A stretch of 64,000 nt of DNA, taken from assembly GCA_036500845.1 (NCBI GenBank), contig DASYBJ010000068.1, positions 34-64,033 on the forward strand, in the 5' to 3' direction. Shown piece by piece: positions 48,256-57,521 of the stretch; position 1 is the stretch's first letter, and each line of letters starts with the position of its first letter. The DNA is from Acidobacteriaceae bacterium. Lineage in GTDB: Bacteria > Acidobacteriota > Terriglobia > Terriglobales > Acidobacteriaceae. Position numbers and translations under genes: made by a program. The notes beneath the pieces are model-generated. The model was not told where the DNA came from. It saw only the letters and a program-made list of their open reading frames with translations, and ran no database searches.

Positions 48256-48942
48256 CTATTTTCTTGCTCTCGCGAAGGCTTCAACGGCTTCAAGGTCTTG
48301 CGGTGAATTGCAATTCTCAAACCAGCGATGCGCCGGAATGACGGATTCGCCGGCGAGAGCCGGGTATGTCGTGACCAGCAACTCGATATCGAAGGCGTCC
48401 ACGCGTTGCATGCCCGCGTCTTCGCCAAAAGCAAGTTCGAGGACTCGCGTCACCTTGTAATCGCCAGCGAGAAGAGATCGAGTGACCTGGGTCAGCAGAT
48501 CGCGATGATACACGGCACAAAGAGGTTGAACGGCGCCGCCGGCCCGCGGAAGTGTGGCGATCGCTCCAGTGACTTCGGCCCGCAGCAGAATCCAGGAGAG
48601 GAAAGCCGCCGGCACCAAGGGCATGTCGATGGGCAGAAAAAGATTGAGCGGTTCGCAGGTAGCCGTGAGAGCGGCTTCGATACCGCTCAGTGGACCGCAT
48701 CCTGGGTGGACGTCGTCGACAACCGCGGCGAATCCAGAAAGGTCTGGCCGCGAGCCTGCAATCCGGGGCTGTCCCAGCCCCAGTTCGCGCAACTTCTCTA
48801 GCTTCTCCACAGCCACCTCGATCAGTGGACGGCCGCCAAACGGCAGCAACGCCTTGTCCCGGCCCATACGTGTGCTCCGGCCTCCGGCGAGCACCCAGGT
48901 CGCCGCGGCTGGAATCGGCATGCATGACGGCAAGGCACTCAT
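48256..48942 (-). CDS. mobA: molybdenum cofactor guanylyltransferase
   Basis: N-terminal LAGGRSTRMGRDKALLPFGGRPLI motif. 4-nt overlap with the upstream dipeptidase gene. Confidence 0.8.
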   Translation of the reverse strand: MSALPSCMPIPAAATWVLAGGRSTRMGRDKALLPFGGRPLIEVAVEKLEKLRELGLGQPRIAGSRPDLSGFAAVVDDVHPGCGPLSGIEAALTATCEPLNLFLPIDMPLVPAAFLSWILLRAEVTGAIATLPRAGGAVQPLCAVYHRDLLTQVTRSLLAGDYKVTRVLELAFGEDAGMQRVDAFDIELLVTTYPALAGESVIPAHRWFENCNSPQDLEAVEAFARARK

Positions 48943-50318
48943 CGGCGCACGTCTGCTACTTCTTCGAAGAAGCGAATGATCGATTCGATGCCGCGATGGA
49001 AGTTTGCAATGTGGAACTTTTCATTCGGCGCATGTAAGTTATCGTCTGGCAGGCCAAATCCCATCATTACGGTGGGAATCTTCAAGTAACGCTCGAAGTC
49101 TCCGACGATCGGAATCGATCCTCCGGCGCGGATGAAGACTGTGTCCTTGCCGAATACCTGGTGCAGAGCCCGCGTGGCCGCCTGGATATATGGGTTTCCG
49201 GTCCCGATTACGATCGGGTCGCCAGAATGGATGAGGCGCACCTGAACTTTCACCCCAGGCGGCTGAATCTCTTCGACAAAGTTCTTGAACTGCTCGAACA
49301 CCTCTTGCGGCTGCATCTCCGGCACGAGGCGGAGAGAAATCTTGGCCAGCGCTCTCGCCGGGATGACGGTCTTTGCGCCTGCCCCGGTAAAACCCCCAGG
49401 CATTCCATGGACATCCAGCGAGGGCCTGGCCCAGGTGCGCTCGAGGACGGAATATCCAGGCTCGCCGGTCAAGGAGCGAGCGCCAATCTGATTCTGGAGA
49501 TAATGCCCCTCATCGAACGGAAGGCTCCTCCAGGCCCGCAACTCGTCGTCGCTCGGAGCGGCGATCTTCTCGTAAATGCCGGGGATCAAGATGCGACCGT
49601 CTCGATCCTTGAGAGCCGCGATAATCTGCGAGAGCGCGACAAAAGGATTGGGGGCGGCCCCGCCATATATGCCGGAGTGCAGATCCGTCCGCGCTCCTCG
49701 TACCTCGATTTCCATGTAGATCATGCCCCGCAGACCGACGCACAGGGTGGGCAGACCCGGAGCGAACATCTCTGTATCCGAGACCAAGGCGAACTCCCCC
49801 TTAAGTTGCTCGGGATGTTGGCGGACGAACTGGGCGATTCCCTCCCCCCCAACCTCCTCCTCTCCTTCAAGGATGACGCGGACATTGATAGGCAATCGAG
49901 CACCGTGGGCATGGAACAGCGACTCGAGCGCTTTGAGGTGCATGTACATCTGGCCTTTATCGTCGACTGCTCCCCGTGCATAGAGATCGCCATTGCGCAC
50001 CGCAGGCTCGAACGGCGGTGACTGCCACTCGTCGAGCGGATCAGGCGGTTGAACATCGTAATGGCCGTAAGCGATGCAGGTAGGCTTGCCGACTGCGTGC
50101 AGCCAATCACCATAAACAAGCGGATGCCCTGCGGTCTCGACCAGATGGACATTCTCGAGTCCGATACGCTTGATTTCTCCCGCCAATGTTTCAGCTGTGC
50201 GGCGGACATCGCCGGCGTGCTCGGGTAAGGTGGAGATGGATGGGATGCGCAGCAGCGACTTCAGTTCTTCGAGGAAGCGCGCTTCCTGGGTCTGGGCATA
50301 TTCAACAGCAGACGGCAT
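48939..50318 (-). CDS. M20 family dipeptidase
   Basis: HYDVQP, GAVDDKGQ and EGEEEVGG metal-ligand and catalytic motifs. Confidence 0.9.
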   Translation of the reverse strand: MPSAVEYAQTQEARFLEELKSLLRIPSISTLPEHAGDVRRTAETLAGEIKRIGLENVHLVETAGHPLVYGDWLHAVGKPTCIAYGHYDVQPPDPLDEWQSPPFEPAVRNGDLYARGAVDDKGQMYMHLKALESLFHAHGARLPINVRVILEGEEEVGGEGIAQFVRQHPEQLKGEFALVSDTEMFAPGLPTLCVGLRGMIYMEIEVRGARTDLHSGIYGGAAPNPFVALSQIIAALKDRDGRILIPGIYEKIAAPSDDELRAWRSLPFDEGHYLQNQIGARSLTGEPGYSVLERTWARPSLDVHGMPGGFTGAGAKTVIPARALAKISLRLVPEMQPQEVFEQFKNFVEEIQPPGVKVQVRLIHSGDPIVIGTGNPYIQAATRALHQVFGKDTVFIRAGGSIPIVGDFERYLKIPTVMMGFGLPDDNLHAPNEKFHIANFHRGIESIIRFFEEVADVRR

Positions 50319-50337
50319 GGACTCTCCTGGTAGGCAG

Positions 50338-50379
50338 CTCAGGGCCGCAGGTCTGGTTCTCAGGGCCGCAGGTCTGGTT
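50338..50379. repeat. perfect 21-nt tandem duplication CTCAGGGCCGCAGGTCTGGTT x2
   Basis: Units at 50338-50358 and 50359-50379. A third GTCTGGTT follows at 50386-50393. Confidence 0.9.
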
Positions 50380-50479
50380 CAACGAGTCTGGTTTGACACC
50401 TCAAAGATGCGCGCGGAGTTAATTTGGTTCAGAACCGATCGAGGGACAAACGATCACGGCTGATTCCTGCCTCTCACCC

Positions 50480-50824
50480 ATGTATCCTAAACCTATGCTT
50501 GAGTTTGAAATCACCGCGGTCGAAGTCGCAGCCCTCCTGAAAAGTGACCCCGCCAGCGTGCTTTTGCTTGACGTGCGTGAGCCATGGGAGCTGGCAACGG
50601 CGAAAATCGAAGGGGCGAAGGCCGTACCCATGGGTGAGATTCCCTCCCGCGCCTTTCAAGAGCTCGACCCGGAAGCCCACATCGTCACGCTGTGTCATTC
50701 TGGCGTACGCTCGATGAACGTGGCGGTATGGATGCGAAACCAGGGCTTCGAGAAAGTTCAATCGATGCGTGGAGGCATCGATGCCTGGTCGTGCGAGGTC
50801 GACCCTAAGGTTCCACGCTACTAG
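50480..50824 (+). CDS. rhodanese-like domain protein
   Basis: Active-site loop CHSGVRS. 114 aa single domain. An alternative ATG lies at 50495. Confidence 0.8.
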   Translation: MYPKPMLEFEITAVEVAALLKSDPASVLLLDVREPWELATAKIEGAKAVPMGEIPSRAFQELDPEAHIVTLCHSGVRSMNVAVWMRNQGFEKVQSMRGGIDAWSCEVDPKVPRY

Positions 50825-50968
50825 ACAGCAGCACTGGCCATTTTCCATAGAGCAGCCGCAGCTTACACCATCAGCGGACCTCCGGCGATCCGGTGAGCGG
50901 ATGGAGCGTCGCGGTTGCCCTACGCATGATGCAAGAAAGAATCTTCCGAGCAGTTTGGAGTAATTTAG

Positions 50969-52387
50969 ATGGGCGTCCCGGAAAAAGTACTGATCGTTGA
51001 GGACGAGTTGCATGCGTTGGCCGGACTGGCGGAATTGGTCTCGGGTTGGGGCTATCGTACTGAGACGGCTCGCGACGGTGTCGAAGGTTTTGAGAAGGCG
51101 ATGGAATGGTCGCCGGGAATTATCGTTACGGATTTGAAGATGCCCCGGATGGATGGTTTAGAACTGCTTTCCAGGCTCGGCGAGGCGCAATTGCAGCTTG
51201 CCGTCATTGTGCTCACCGCTCAAGGCAGTATCGAGTGCGCGGTCGAGGCGATGAAAATGGGCGCCTATGACTTCATCCAAAAGCCGATTGACCCCACCCG
51301 GCTAAAGACCATTTTGGCAAACGCCAGCCGCCAGCGCGACATGGAGCGCGAGCTCGAGGTCACAAGGCGCAAGCTGCGCGATTCCGGCTTCTTGGGCTCC
51401 CTGGTAGGCAGCTCGAAAAAAATGCAGGAGCTCTTCGCCATGGTGGAGCGCATCGCCCCAAGCAATGTCTCTGTACTGATTACCGGAGAAAGCGGAACGG
51501 GTAAGGAATTGGTTGCGCGCACCCTGCACGCACTGAGCCCCCGTAAGGCGAAGCCGTTCGTCGCGGTCAACTGCGCGGCGATTCCTGAAACGCTGATTGA
51601 GAGCGAAATCTTCGGTCATGAAAAGGGCTCGTTCACCGGGGCTATGGAACGCCGCGCAGGCTGCTTCGAGCTCGCCGAAGAAGGAACTCTGCTGCTCGAC
51701 GAGATTGGCGAAATGCCCGTGGGAACCCAGGCCAAGCTGTTGCGCGTGCTCGAGGATCGCAAGCTGCGCCGCTTGGGCAGCAAAGTGGAAATGCCGATGG
51801 ACGTCCGGGTTCTGGCGGCCACCAATAAGAATCCCGAGGATGCAGTAGCGGCTGGGGAGTTACGAGGAGATTTGTACTACCGATTGAATGTTTTTAACCT
51901 GCATATGCCGCCATTGCGAGAACATAAAGAGGATATCCCCGCAATTGTCGACACGATGCTGAGCGACATGAATGCAAAGCATGATCGTCAGGTTCGCGGC
52001 GTAGATGCCGAGCTGCTCGAGCGCCTGATCGCCCACGATTGGCCAGGCAACGTACGCGAACTGCGCAATACCGTTGAGCGTGCTGTAATTCTTTGCGGCA
52101 ACGGATCGCTCGAAGTCGGCCATCTGCCGCCGGGATTCGGCCATAAGCAGCCATCTGTGTCGGTCGGCAGCCATGCGGAAATCGTAAGCGGCGTCCATGT
52201 CGAGGTGGGTACTACGGTGGATGAGGCGGAACGGAAGCTTATTATCAAAACTTTGGAGTCCACCCGGAATAATAAAACCCGCGCGGCGGAGATTCTTGGG
52301 ATTAGCCTAAAAACACTGCACAACAAGTTGAAGGAATACGGGAGTGCCACTGGGATGGAAAATTCTCCGGAGCGGTCGCTTTCATAA
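50969..52387 (+). CDS. sigma-54-dependent response regulator (NtrC family)
   Basis: Receiver domain (TDLKMPRMDG), AAA+ GESGTGKE, GAFTGA variant GSFTGA, C-terminal Fis HTH. Confidence 0.93.
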   Translation: MGVPEKVLIVEDELHALAGLAELVSGWGYRTETARDGVEGFEKAMEWSPGIIVTDLKMPRMDGLELLSRLGEAQLQLAVIVLTAQGSIECAVEAMKMGAYDFIQKPIDPTRLKTILANASRQRDMERELEVTRRKLRDSGFLGSLVGSSKKMQELFAMVERIAPSNVSVLITGESGTGKELVARTLHALSPRKAKPFVAVNCAAIPETLIESEIFGHEKGSFTGAMERRAGCFELAEEGTLLLDEIGEMPVGTQAKLLRVLEDRKLRRLGSKVEMPMDVRVLAATNKNPEDAVAAGELRGDLYYRLNVFNLHMPPLREHKEDIPAIVDTMLSDMNAKHDRQVRGVDAELLERLIAHDWPGNVRELRNTVERAVILCGNGSLEVGHLPPGFGHKQPSVSVGSHAEIVSGVHVEVGTTVDEAERKLIIKTLESTRNNKTRAAEILGISLKTLHNKLKEYGSATGMENSPERSLS

Positions 52388-52677
52388 GTATGGTTCCCCC
52401 GTCCTAAGGATTGAACGTTTCTGGGACCTTTGGAATTCAGCAGAGTCTGTTCGATTTTTGAATGAATGCGCTTGCCGGACGCGCAACCGGTTTGGATACC
52501 TTGGTTTTTGAGGCCCGCGGTGTCGGAAGCTCGTCTGGCAGGGTTCCGTTGCCCGCTTTCAGGCCTTGCACTGTCCAGGAAAACGATTGTAAGCGTTCTT
52601 CGAGGAGAAGTCCCCGGGCGGATTGCCCGAAACAACCCCTCAAAAGCACGCTCGAGGTGCCCTGAAGACGCCCCCCG

Positions 52678-54621
52678 ATGCGACTGAAGACCAAGCTCGT
52701 ACTCGCAATTTCAGGACTCGTGTTCCTGATGGTCTGCGTGCTCTCCTGGCTCTTTCTTGATCAGCTCGTCGAACAGCGTATCGCCGAGTCCTACTCGTCG
52801 AACGAGATGGTCGCCCACCAGATCCTTTTCGCAACCAGGCAAGCGCTCGAAAGGAACATGAGGGGCCGGGGCGTCAATCCGAATGATCCCAGTGCACTTC
52901 ACGCACAAATCGCTGAAGCACTGCGCCAAGACCCCGGCTTGACGTCGCTGATGAACTCTGCAATTGCGTACGCGCCCACGGTCTTTGATGTCACCATTGC
53001 GGACAGTCAAGGACGCGGGCTGGCGAGCACGGAGCCCGACGTTCTTGACAAGCCGTTGCCTGTTCGACCGGAGTACGGGGAACTGCAGCGCGGCGGCCTC
53101 TTGAGAGTGATCGCAATCGTCTTCGGTCCTCCGCGCGTGTACAACGTAACCCTACCCCTGGAGCGAGCCGGGCAGCCCTTTGCGACCGTGCGGGTAGGCA
53201 TTCGTACTACTTTTCTGCGCTTTGTCGTCCAGCCGTGGTTGGTTGCGGCACTCACGTACAGCGGAATCGCCATCCTCTGTTCTTTGATTGTGGCCGCTTT
53301 TCTGGCGAATATCGCGCTTAAGCCGATGGAACAGATTAGCAATCGCTTGGACGCACTGGACCAACCCGGGCCCAGTGTTTCTGGTGAACTGGAGAGCGCA
53401 CCCAAGCTCTCCTCGGAAGACACCGTGGAACTGGTTTCGAACAAGATCGAACGGCTCGGCCGCCGCATGCGAAATGTGGAGGAGGTCTTCTCTGCCCTGA
53501 AGGAAGGTCTGGATCAGATTATGACCAACCTGCAGGACGGCATCGTCCTTTTTACGCACGATGCGCGCGCAGTGCTGGTCAGCGACTCGGTCGAACGTTT
53601 TTTGGGTTGCGATCGCCAGCAGATCCTCGGTGCGGAGCTGCATGAAATCTTCAGCAAGAACACCCGGCTGGGAGCAATGGTCCGCGAGTCTTTCGATGCG
53701 CGCATGACCCTCGTCCAGGAAGAGATTACGACAGAAACCGGCAGGCGCGTCGAGATCTCTCTCGACTTTATCCATGATGATCTGGCAGTCCAGCCACAGG
53801 ATGCCTTGGGTGCGCTGTTGACCCTGCACGATCTTGAATCTGTTCGCGAGATCGAGAGCGAACTCGAGCTTTCGCGCCGGCTTGCAGCCATAGGCCGACT
53901 GACCGCAGGCGTCGGCCATGAAGTGAAAAATCCGATCAACGCGATCGTGGTCCATTTGGAACTGATGCGCAACAAACTCAGCGCCTCGGATGCGGGAGCT
54001 CAGCGCCACCTGGAGGTGATCTCGAGCGAAATCCAACGGTTGGACCGCGTGGTCCAGACCCTGGTGGACTTCTCGCGGCCGGTCGAACTGCAACTCAAGG
54101 ATCAGGACCTGCGTCGAGTAGTCTCGGCGGTCCTCATGCTGTCCTCCGCCGATCTCGAAACGCGCAACGTTTATGTCCAAAGCGATCTGCCAGATCATCC
54201 GGTGATTGCCAAGGTAGACGCAGATCTGCTGCGTCAGGCTCTGCTCAACATAGTGTTGAATGGCGCTCAGGCCATGGCCGAAGGAGGCAAGCTGGACGTA
54301 AGGCTCACCGAGAACGGTCGAGTGGCCGCCCTCAGTATTCACGATCAAGGCAGCGGAATCCCCGACGATATCCGCGAAAAAATCTTCGACTTGTACTTTA
54401 CGACCAAGAAGGACGGCAGCGGTATTGGCTTGGCGATGACGTATCGAATCGTGCAGCTGCACAATGGTTCGATTGAGGTACAATCCACGCCGACTGCGGG
54501 TACAACATTCATTCTTCGTTTTCCCCTGACCGGAGTTCCCGACAGGGGGTCACGGCCTTCCCTCGTCGGTACAGCAGGAAGATCGGTGGGACTGGGCGGG
54601 GCTGAGGATCCCAGGCGATGA
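52678..54621 (+). CDS. sensor histidine kinase
   Basis: Two TM helices flank a domain of about 170 aa. PAS-like region, H-box GVGHEVKNPINAI, and HATPase G-boxes (DQGSGIP, GSGIGLA). Confidence 0.9.
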   Translation: MRLKTKLVLAISGLVFLMVCVLSWLFLDQLVEQRIAESYSSNEMVAHQILFATRQALERNMRGRGVNPNDPSALHAQIAEALRQDPGLTSLMNSAIAYAPTVFDVTIADSQGRGLASTEPDVLDKPLPVRPEYGELQRGGLLRVIAIVFGPPRVYNVTLPLERAGQPFATVRVGIRTTFLRFVVQPWLVAALTYSGIAILCSLIVAAFLANIALKPMEQISNRLDALDQPGPSVSGELESAPKLSSEDTVELVSNKIERLGRRMRNVEEVFSALKEGLDQIMTNLQDGIVLFTHDARAVLVSDSVERFLGCDRQQILGAELHEIFSKNTRLGAMVRESFDARMTLVQEEITTETGRRVEISLDFIHDDLAVQPQDALGALLTLHDLESVREIESELELSRRLAAIGRLTAGVGHEVKNPINAIVVHLELMRNKLSASDAGAQRHLEVISSEIQRLDRVVQTLVDFSRPVELQLKDQDLRRVVSAVLMLSSADLETRNVYVQSDLPDHPVIAKVDADLLRQALLNIVLNGAQAMAEGGKLDVRLTENGRVAALSIHDQGSGIPDDIREKIFDLYFTTKKDGSGIGLAMTYRIVQLHNGSIEVQSTPTAGTTFILRFPLTGVPDRGSRPSLVGTAGRSVGLGGAEDPRR

Positions 54622-55229
54622 GGGTTTTATTCAGACTCGCTACCTCGGCGCTGATCGCAGTGTCTTTGATTGGCTGTTCCCATTTCCGCCCTCACACCAA
54701 CCAGCAAGCGCAGGCTCCTCCTTTGCAGACCGGACAAGGAGAACTCGAGAAACAGGCCAAGAACAACCAGCAGCCCCCGCCAGATTCGACGCTTCCGCAG
54801 CCGACGGCGCAAATTACTCCACCACCACTCCCCCCTGCAAAGCAGCCGAAGGTAAAACGTCCAAAACGGCCCAAGACCTCGGAGAAGAATCAGGCAACTG
54901 CTCCTCCATCAACGCAACAGGCAGCCAACACTGCACCGGATCCGCCGGCCGCGCAAGCGGCATCCATTTCGCCGATCGGGCAGCTTACCACCGGAGATTC
55001 CGCTACGCAGGCCAAAGCGAAACAGGATGCTCTGACCCTGATCAGTACGACCGAGCAGGGGCTGGCAAACATGAAGCGATCTCTTTCTAGCGACGAGCAG
55101 GCCACACTGCTGCGTATCAGGACATTCTTGAAACAATCGAAGCAGGCGCTGGACACGGGCGATTCAGACGGCGCGCTGACACTGGCGACCAAAGCAAAGC
55201 TGCTTTTGGATGAGTTAGTGAACCAGTAA
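54618..55229 (+). CDS. Pro/Gln-rich lipoprotein, hypothetical
   Basis: ATGA overlap with the kinase stop. Lipobox SLIGC. Low-complexity P/Q/A tract followed by a helical C-terminus. Confidence 0.6.
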   Translation: MRVLFRLATSALIAVSLIGCSHFRPHTNQQAQAPPLQTGQGELEKQAKNNQQPPPDSTLPQPTAQITPPPLPPAKQPKVKRPKRPKTSEKNQATAPPSTQQAANTAPDPPAAQAASISPIGQLTTGDSATQAKAKQDALTLISTTEQGLANMKRSLSSDEQATLLRIRTFLKQSKQALDTGDSDGALTLATKAKLLLDELVNQ

Positions 55230-55304
55230 GGGCAGCTAACTAAGAATGATCGATTCATTCGATCGGGAGGTATGATCTGACGAGAGATGAGTCGGCTTTG
55301 TATC

Positions 55305-55330
55305 AGGGCACGGCTTCAACAGGCTGCGGA
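55305..55330. repeat. dispersed motif (reverse complement of 17626-17653), copy 2
   Basis: AGGGCACGGCTTCAACAGGCTGCGGA. Confidence 0.85.
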
Positions 55331-55374
55331 AAAACTCAATTTTAGGAACAACAGATCTCTCAACCTAAAGCCTC

Positions 55375-55517
55375 GTCATCCCGAGAGGATGTGACTTTAT
55401 TCGATTTTTGCGCCTTTTGGGCGTCTAAGCTCTTTATTTTCAGTATCTGTTTTTGTGCTAAATCAAAAAAGTCACACGCTCCGAGCGAAGCGTAGCGAGC
55501 CGAGGGATCTGCTTTTC
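55375..55517. repeat. GTCATCCCGAG...GAGGGATCTGC-type element with AT-rich core
   Basis: GTCATCCCGAGAGGATGTGAC (55375-) and GTCACACGCTCCGAGCGAAGCGTAGCGAGCCGAGGGATCTGC (55471-) flank an AT-rich core of about 75 nt. The right part resembles the arms of the 17223-17543 element. Confidence 0.7.
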
Positions 55518-55580
55518 CTACCACGGCGCCGAGCGGAAGCCCATAAGTCTCAATCGATCAACACCCAGCCGAGTTTCTTT

Positions 55581-55610
55581 GAAAGGGCACGGCTTCAGCC
55601 GTGCCCTTTC
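55581..55610. repeat. perfect 13-bp palindromic hairpin GAAAGGGCACGGC-ttca-GCCGTGCCCTTTC
   Basis: Read directly. It shares the GGGCACGGCTTCA core with 55305-55330 and 17626-17653. Confidence 0.85.
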
Positions 55611-55663
55611 AATGTAAAACATGTCCCCGGCTGGACAAGATGCGTAAAACTTGGGCTGCTGCT

Positions 55664-56521
55664 TCACCTTTCCCCCCATTTCAATTTCGATCGAAGCACA
55701 TCAAAGAAGCCATTCGCCGCCATGCGAACCAGCTTGACGGAGTATTCCGAACGGCGGAATCGAATGTGATCGCCCACCCGCAGCTGTAGCGCTTCTTGCC
55801 CATCGACTGTGACAAACGTCTGGTCGGGGACGCCCTCGATCGTCACCGTCACTTCCGCGTCCCCACGCAGCACCAGAGGACGAATGGTAAGCAAGTGTGG
55901 ACAGATCGGTGTGATAACCATAGCATCCACGCTCGGTGCGAGAATGGGGCCATTGGCCGCCAGATTGTAGGCTGTCGAGCCGGTAGGGGTAGAGACGATA
56001 ATTCCATCCGCGCGAAAAGCCGCCACCAGTTGCTCGAAGAGACGCACGCTGAAATCACCCATCCGAGCGATCGCGCCCTTGGCGATCACCACGTCATTCA
56101 GCGCTTCGTATTCCTTGTATAAAGCGCCCGCCCGCATGATCTCAGCGTGCAGCATGGCGCGGGCTTCAATCGTGCAACAATGCTGGCACCAGCCTTCGAG
56201 CGTGCTGTAGAGGTCCGCGAGGCGAACTTCAGTTAGAAAACCGAGGCTGCCGAGATTCACGCTGAGAATGGGGATTCCGCTCTTGGCGAAGGCTCGCGCC
56301 GCGGCGAGCAAGGTGCCATCGCCTCCCAAGACAACCACTAGCTCGGGATTTTCCGCCGCCAGCAGGTGCCGGGGAATGACCGGACCATCCTGCGTGTAGT
56401 TCCCGCTCACCGGATCGAGAAGCGGCTCGAAGCCGTGGGCCCGCAACCAGAGCACGAGGTCGGGAAGCACCTTTTCGAGATCGGCTTTGTGCGGTTTCGC
56501 AAGAATGGCAATCTTGGGCAT
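55664..56521 (-). CDS. nadK: NAD+ kinase
   Basis: GGDGTLL motif and the conserved NDVV...STPTGSTAY block. Confidence 0.92.
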   Translation of the reverse strand: MPKIAILAKPHKADLEKVLPDLVLWLRAHGFEPLLDPVSGNYTQDGPVIPRHLLAAENPELVVVLGGDGTLLAAARAFAKSGIPILSVNLGSLGFLTEVRLADLYSTLEGWCQHCCTIEARAMLHAEIMRAGALYKEYEALNDVVIAKGAIARMGDFSVRLFEQLVAAFRADGIIVSTPTGSTAYNLAANGPILAPSVDAMVITPICPHLLTIRPLVLRGDAEVTVTIEGVPDQTFVTVDGQEALQLRVGDHIRFRRSEYSVKLVRMAANGFFDVLRSKLKWGER

Positions 56522-56527
56522 TTGGCT

Positions 56528-57325
56528 TTAGTTTACTGGAGGGCCGACCGGACTCTGCTCGGGGTTCTCGCCAGCATTAGCGTAATTGAAGAACGCATGG
56601 AGAAGAAATTCACGATTTCCCTCCGTGCCCAGAATGGGCGACTCAACAACTTCGATGGCTGAGCCGCCGAGTGAAGCAACCGCGGCGCGGACGCGGTCTA
56701 TTGCAAGTTGGTGGGCTGCCGGGTCGCGTACGATTCCCCCTTTGCCGATGTGTTCCCTACCCGCCTCAAATTGTGGCTTAACAAGCGTGACCGCCTCGAG
56801 CGGCCGGTCCGCTGTCGAACCGATGGCGGCTACTACTGCAGGCAACACAAGAGTGGCGGAGATAAATGAAACATCGACTGAAAAAAAGGAGATGCTGGAG
56901 GAGAGGCTACCCGGGGCGAGATGGCGCGCATTCGTCCGTTCGAGGAGCTTGACCCGGGAATCGGCGCGCAGAGACTGTGCAATCTGTCCGTAGCCGGTAT
57001 CGACACAGAGCACACTCGCAGCCCCGTGTTGCAGCATGCAGTCGGTGAAGCCACCGGTCGACGTACCAACGTCGGCACAGTGGCGATCCGCAAGATTGAT
57101 CTGCCAGCGCTCTAGCGCTGCTTCAAGCTTGAGTCCGCCGCGGCTAACGTAACGCTGATCCTGTCCCAAAAGACGGATTTCGGAATCCGCCTCGATCGCT
57201 GTTCCGGGCTTTTCGATCTTTTGCTGGTTCACCAGAACGCGACCTGCGAGAATGAGCGCTTGCGCCCGCTCGCGCGATGAGACCAGTCCGTGGTCAACCA
57301 GCAATTTGTCGAGGCGGGTCTTCAT
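56528..57325 (-). CDS. tlyA: TlyA family rRNA (cytidine-2'-O)-methyltransferase
   Basis: N-terminal S4 domain RLDKLLVDHGLVSSRERAQALI and SAM motif DVGTSTGGFTDC. Confidence 0.9.
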   Translation of the reverse strand: MKTRLDKLLVDHGLVSSRERAQALILAGRVLVNQQKIEKPGTAIEADSEIRLLGQDQRYVSRGGLKLEAALERWQINLADRHCADVGTSTGGFTDCMLQHGAASVLCVDTGYGQIAQSLRADSRVKLLERTNARHLAPGSLSSSISFFSVDVSFISATLVLPAVVAAIGSTADRPLEAVTLVKPQFEAGREHIGKGGIVRDPAAHQLAIDRVRAAVASLGGSAIEVVESPILGTEGNREFLLHAFFNYANAGENPEQSPVGPPVN

Positions 57326-57521
57326 CGCGGTCTTATTGCTTTATACCGTTTGTCCGGTTGCCGCAACACCCCTTGTTTGGCCCCTTCTTTGGTTGCCCTG
57401 AGTAAGCCCACACTCAACGGCAGTACGTAGCAATTCCCCGTTTCCGCCTCGGTTGCTGCCGGCAAGCGCTGATCTTGGTATGCTCTTGGATGGCGCTCCA
57501 ACAAGAATCGCCGGCTGATGG

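Noticed and set aside
52536-52552. Sigma-54-like element TGGCAGGGTTCCGTTGC in the gap between the regulator and the kinase.
   Set aside because: The GG-to-GC spacing is 12 nt rather than the canonical 10 nt (TGGCAC-N5-TTGC), so it does not fit a -24/-12 promoter.
53152-54483. 443-aa ORF antisense to the histidine kinase.
   Set aside because: The plus-strand frame carries H-box and G-box kinase motifs. The antisense product has no motifs and a skewed composition.
55581-55610. The 13-bp palindrome, considered as the nadK intrinsic terminator.
   Set aside because: The T-rich run lies on the wrong side of the stem for the minus-strand nadK transcript, with an A-rich run after the hairpin in that sense. 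The stem sequence also belongs to a dispersed repeat family. I therefore call it a repeat, not a canonical terminator.
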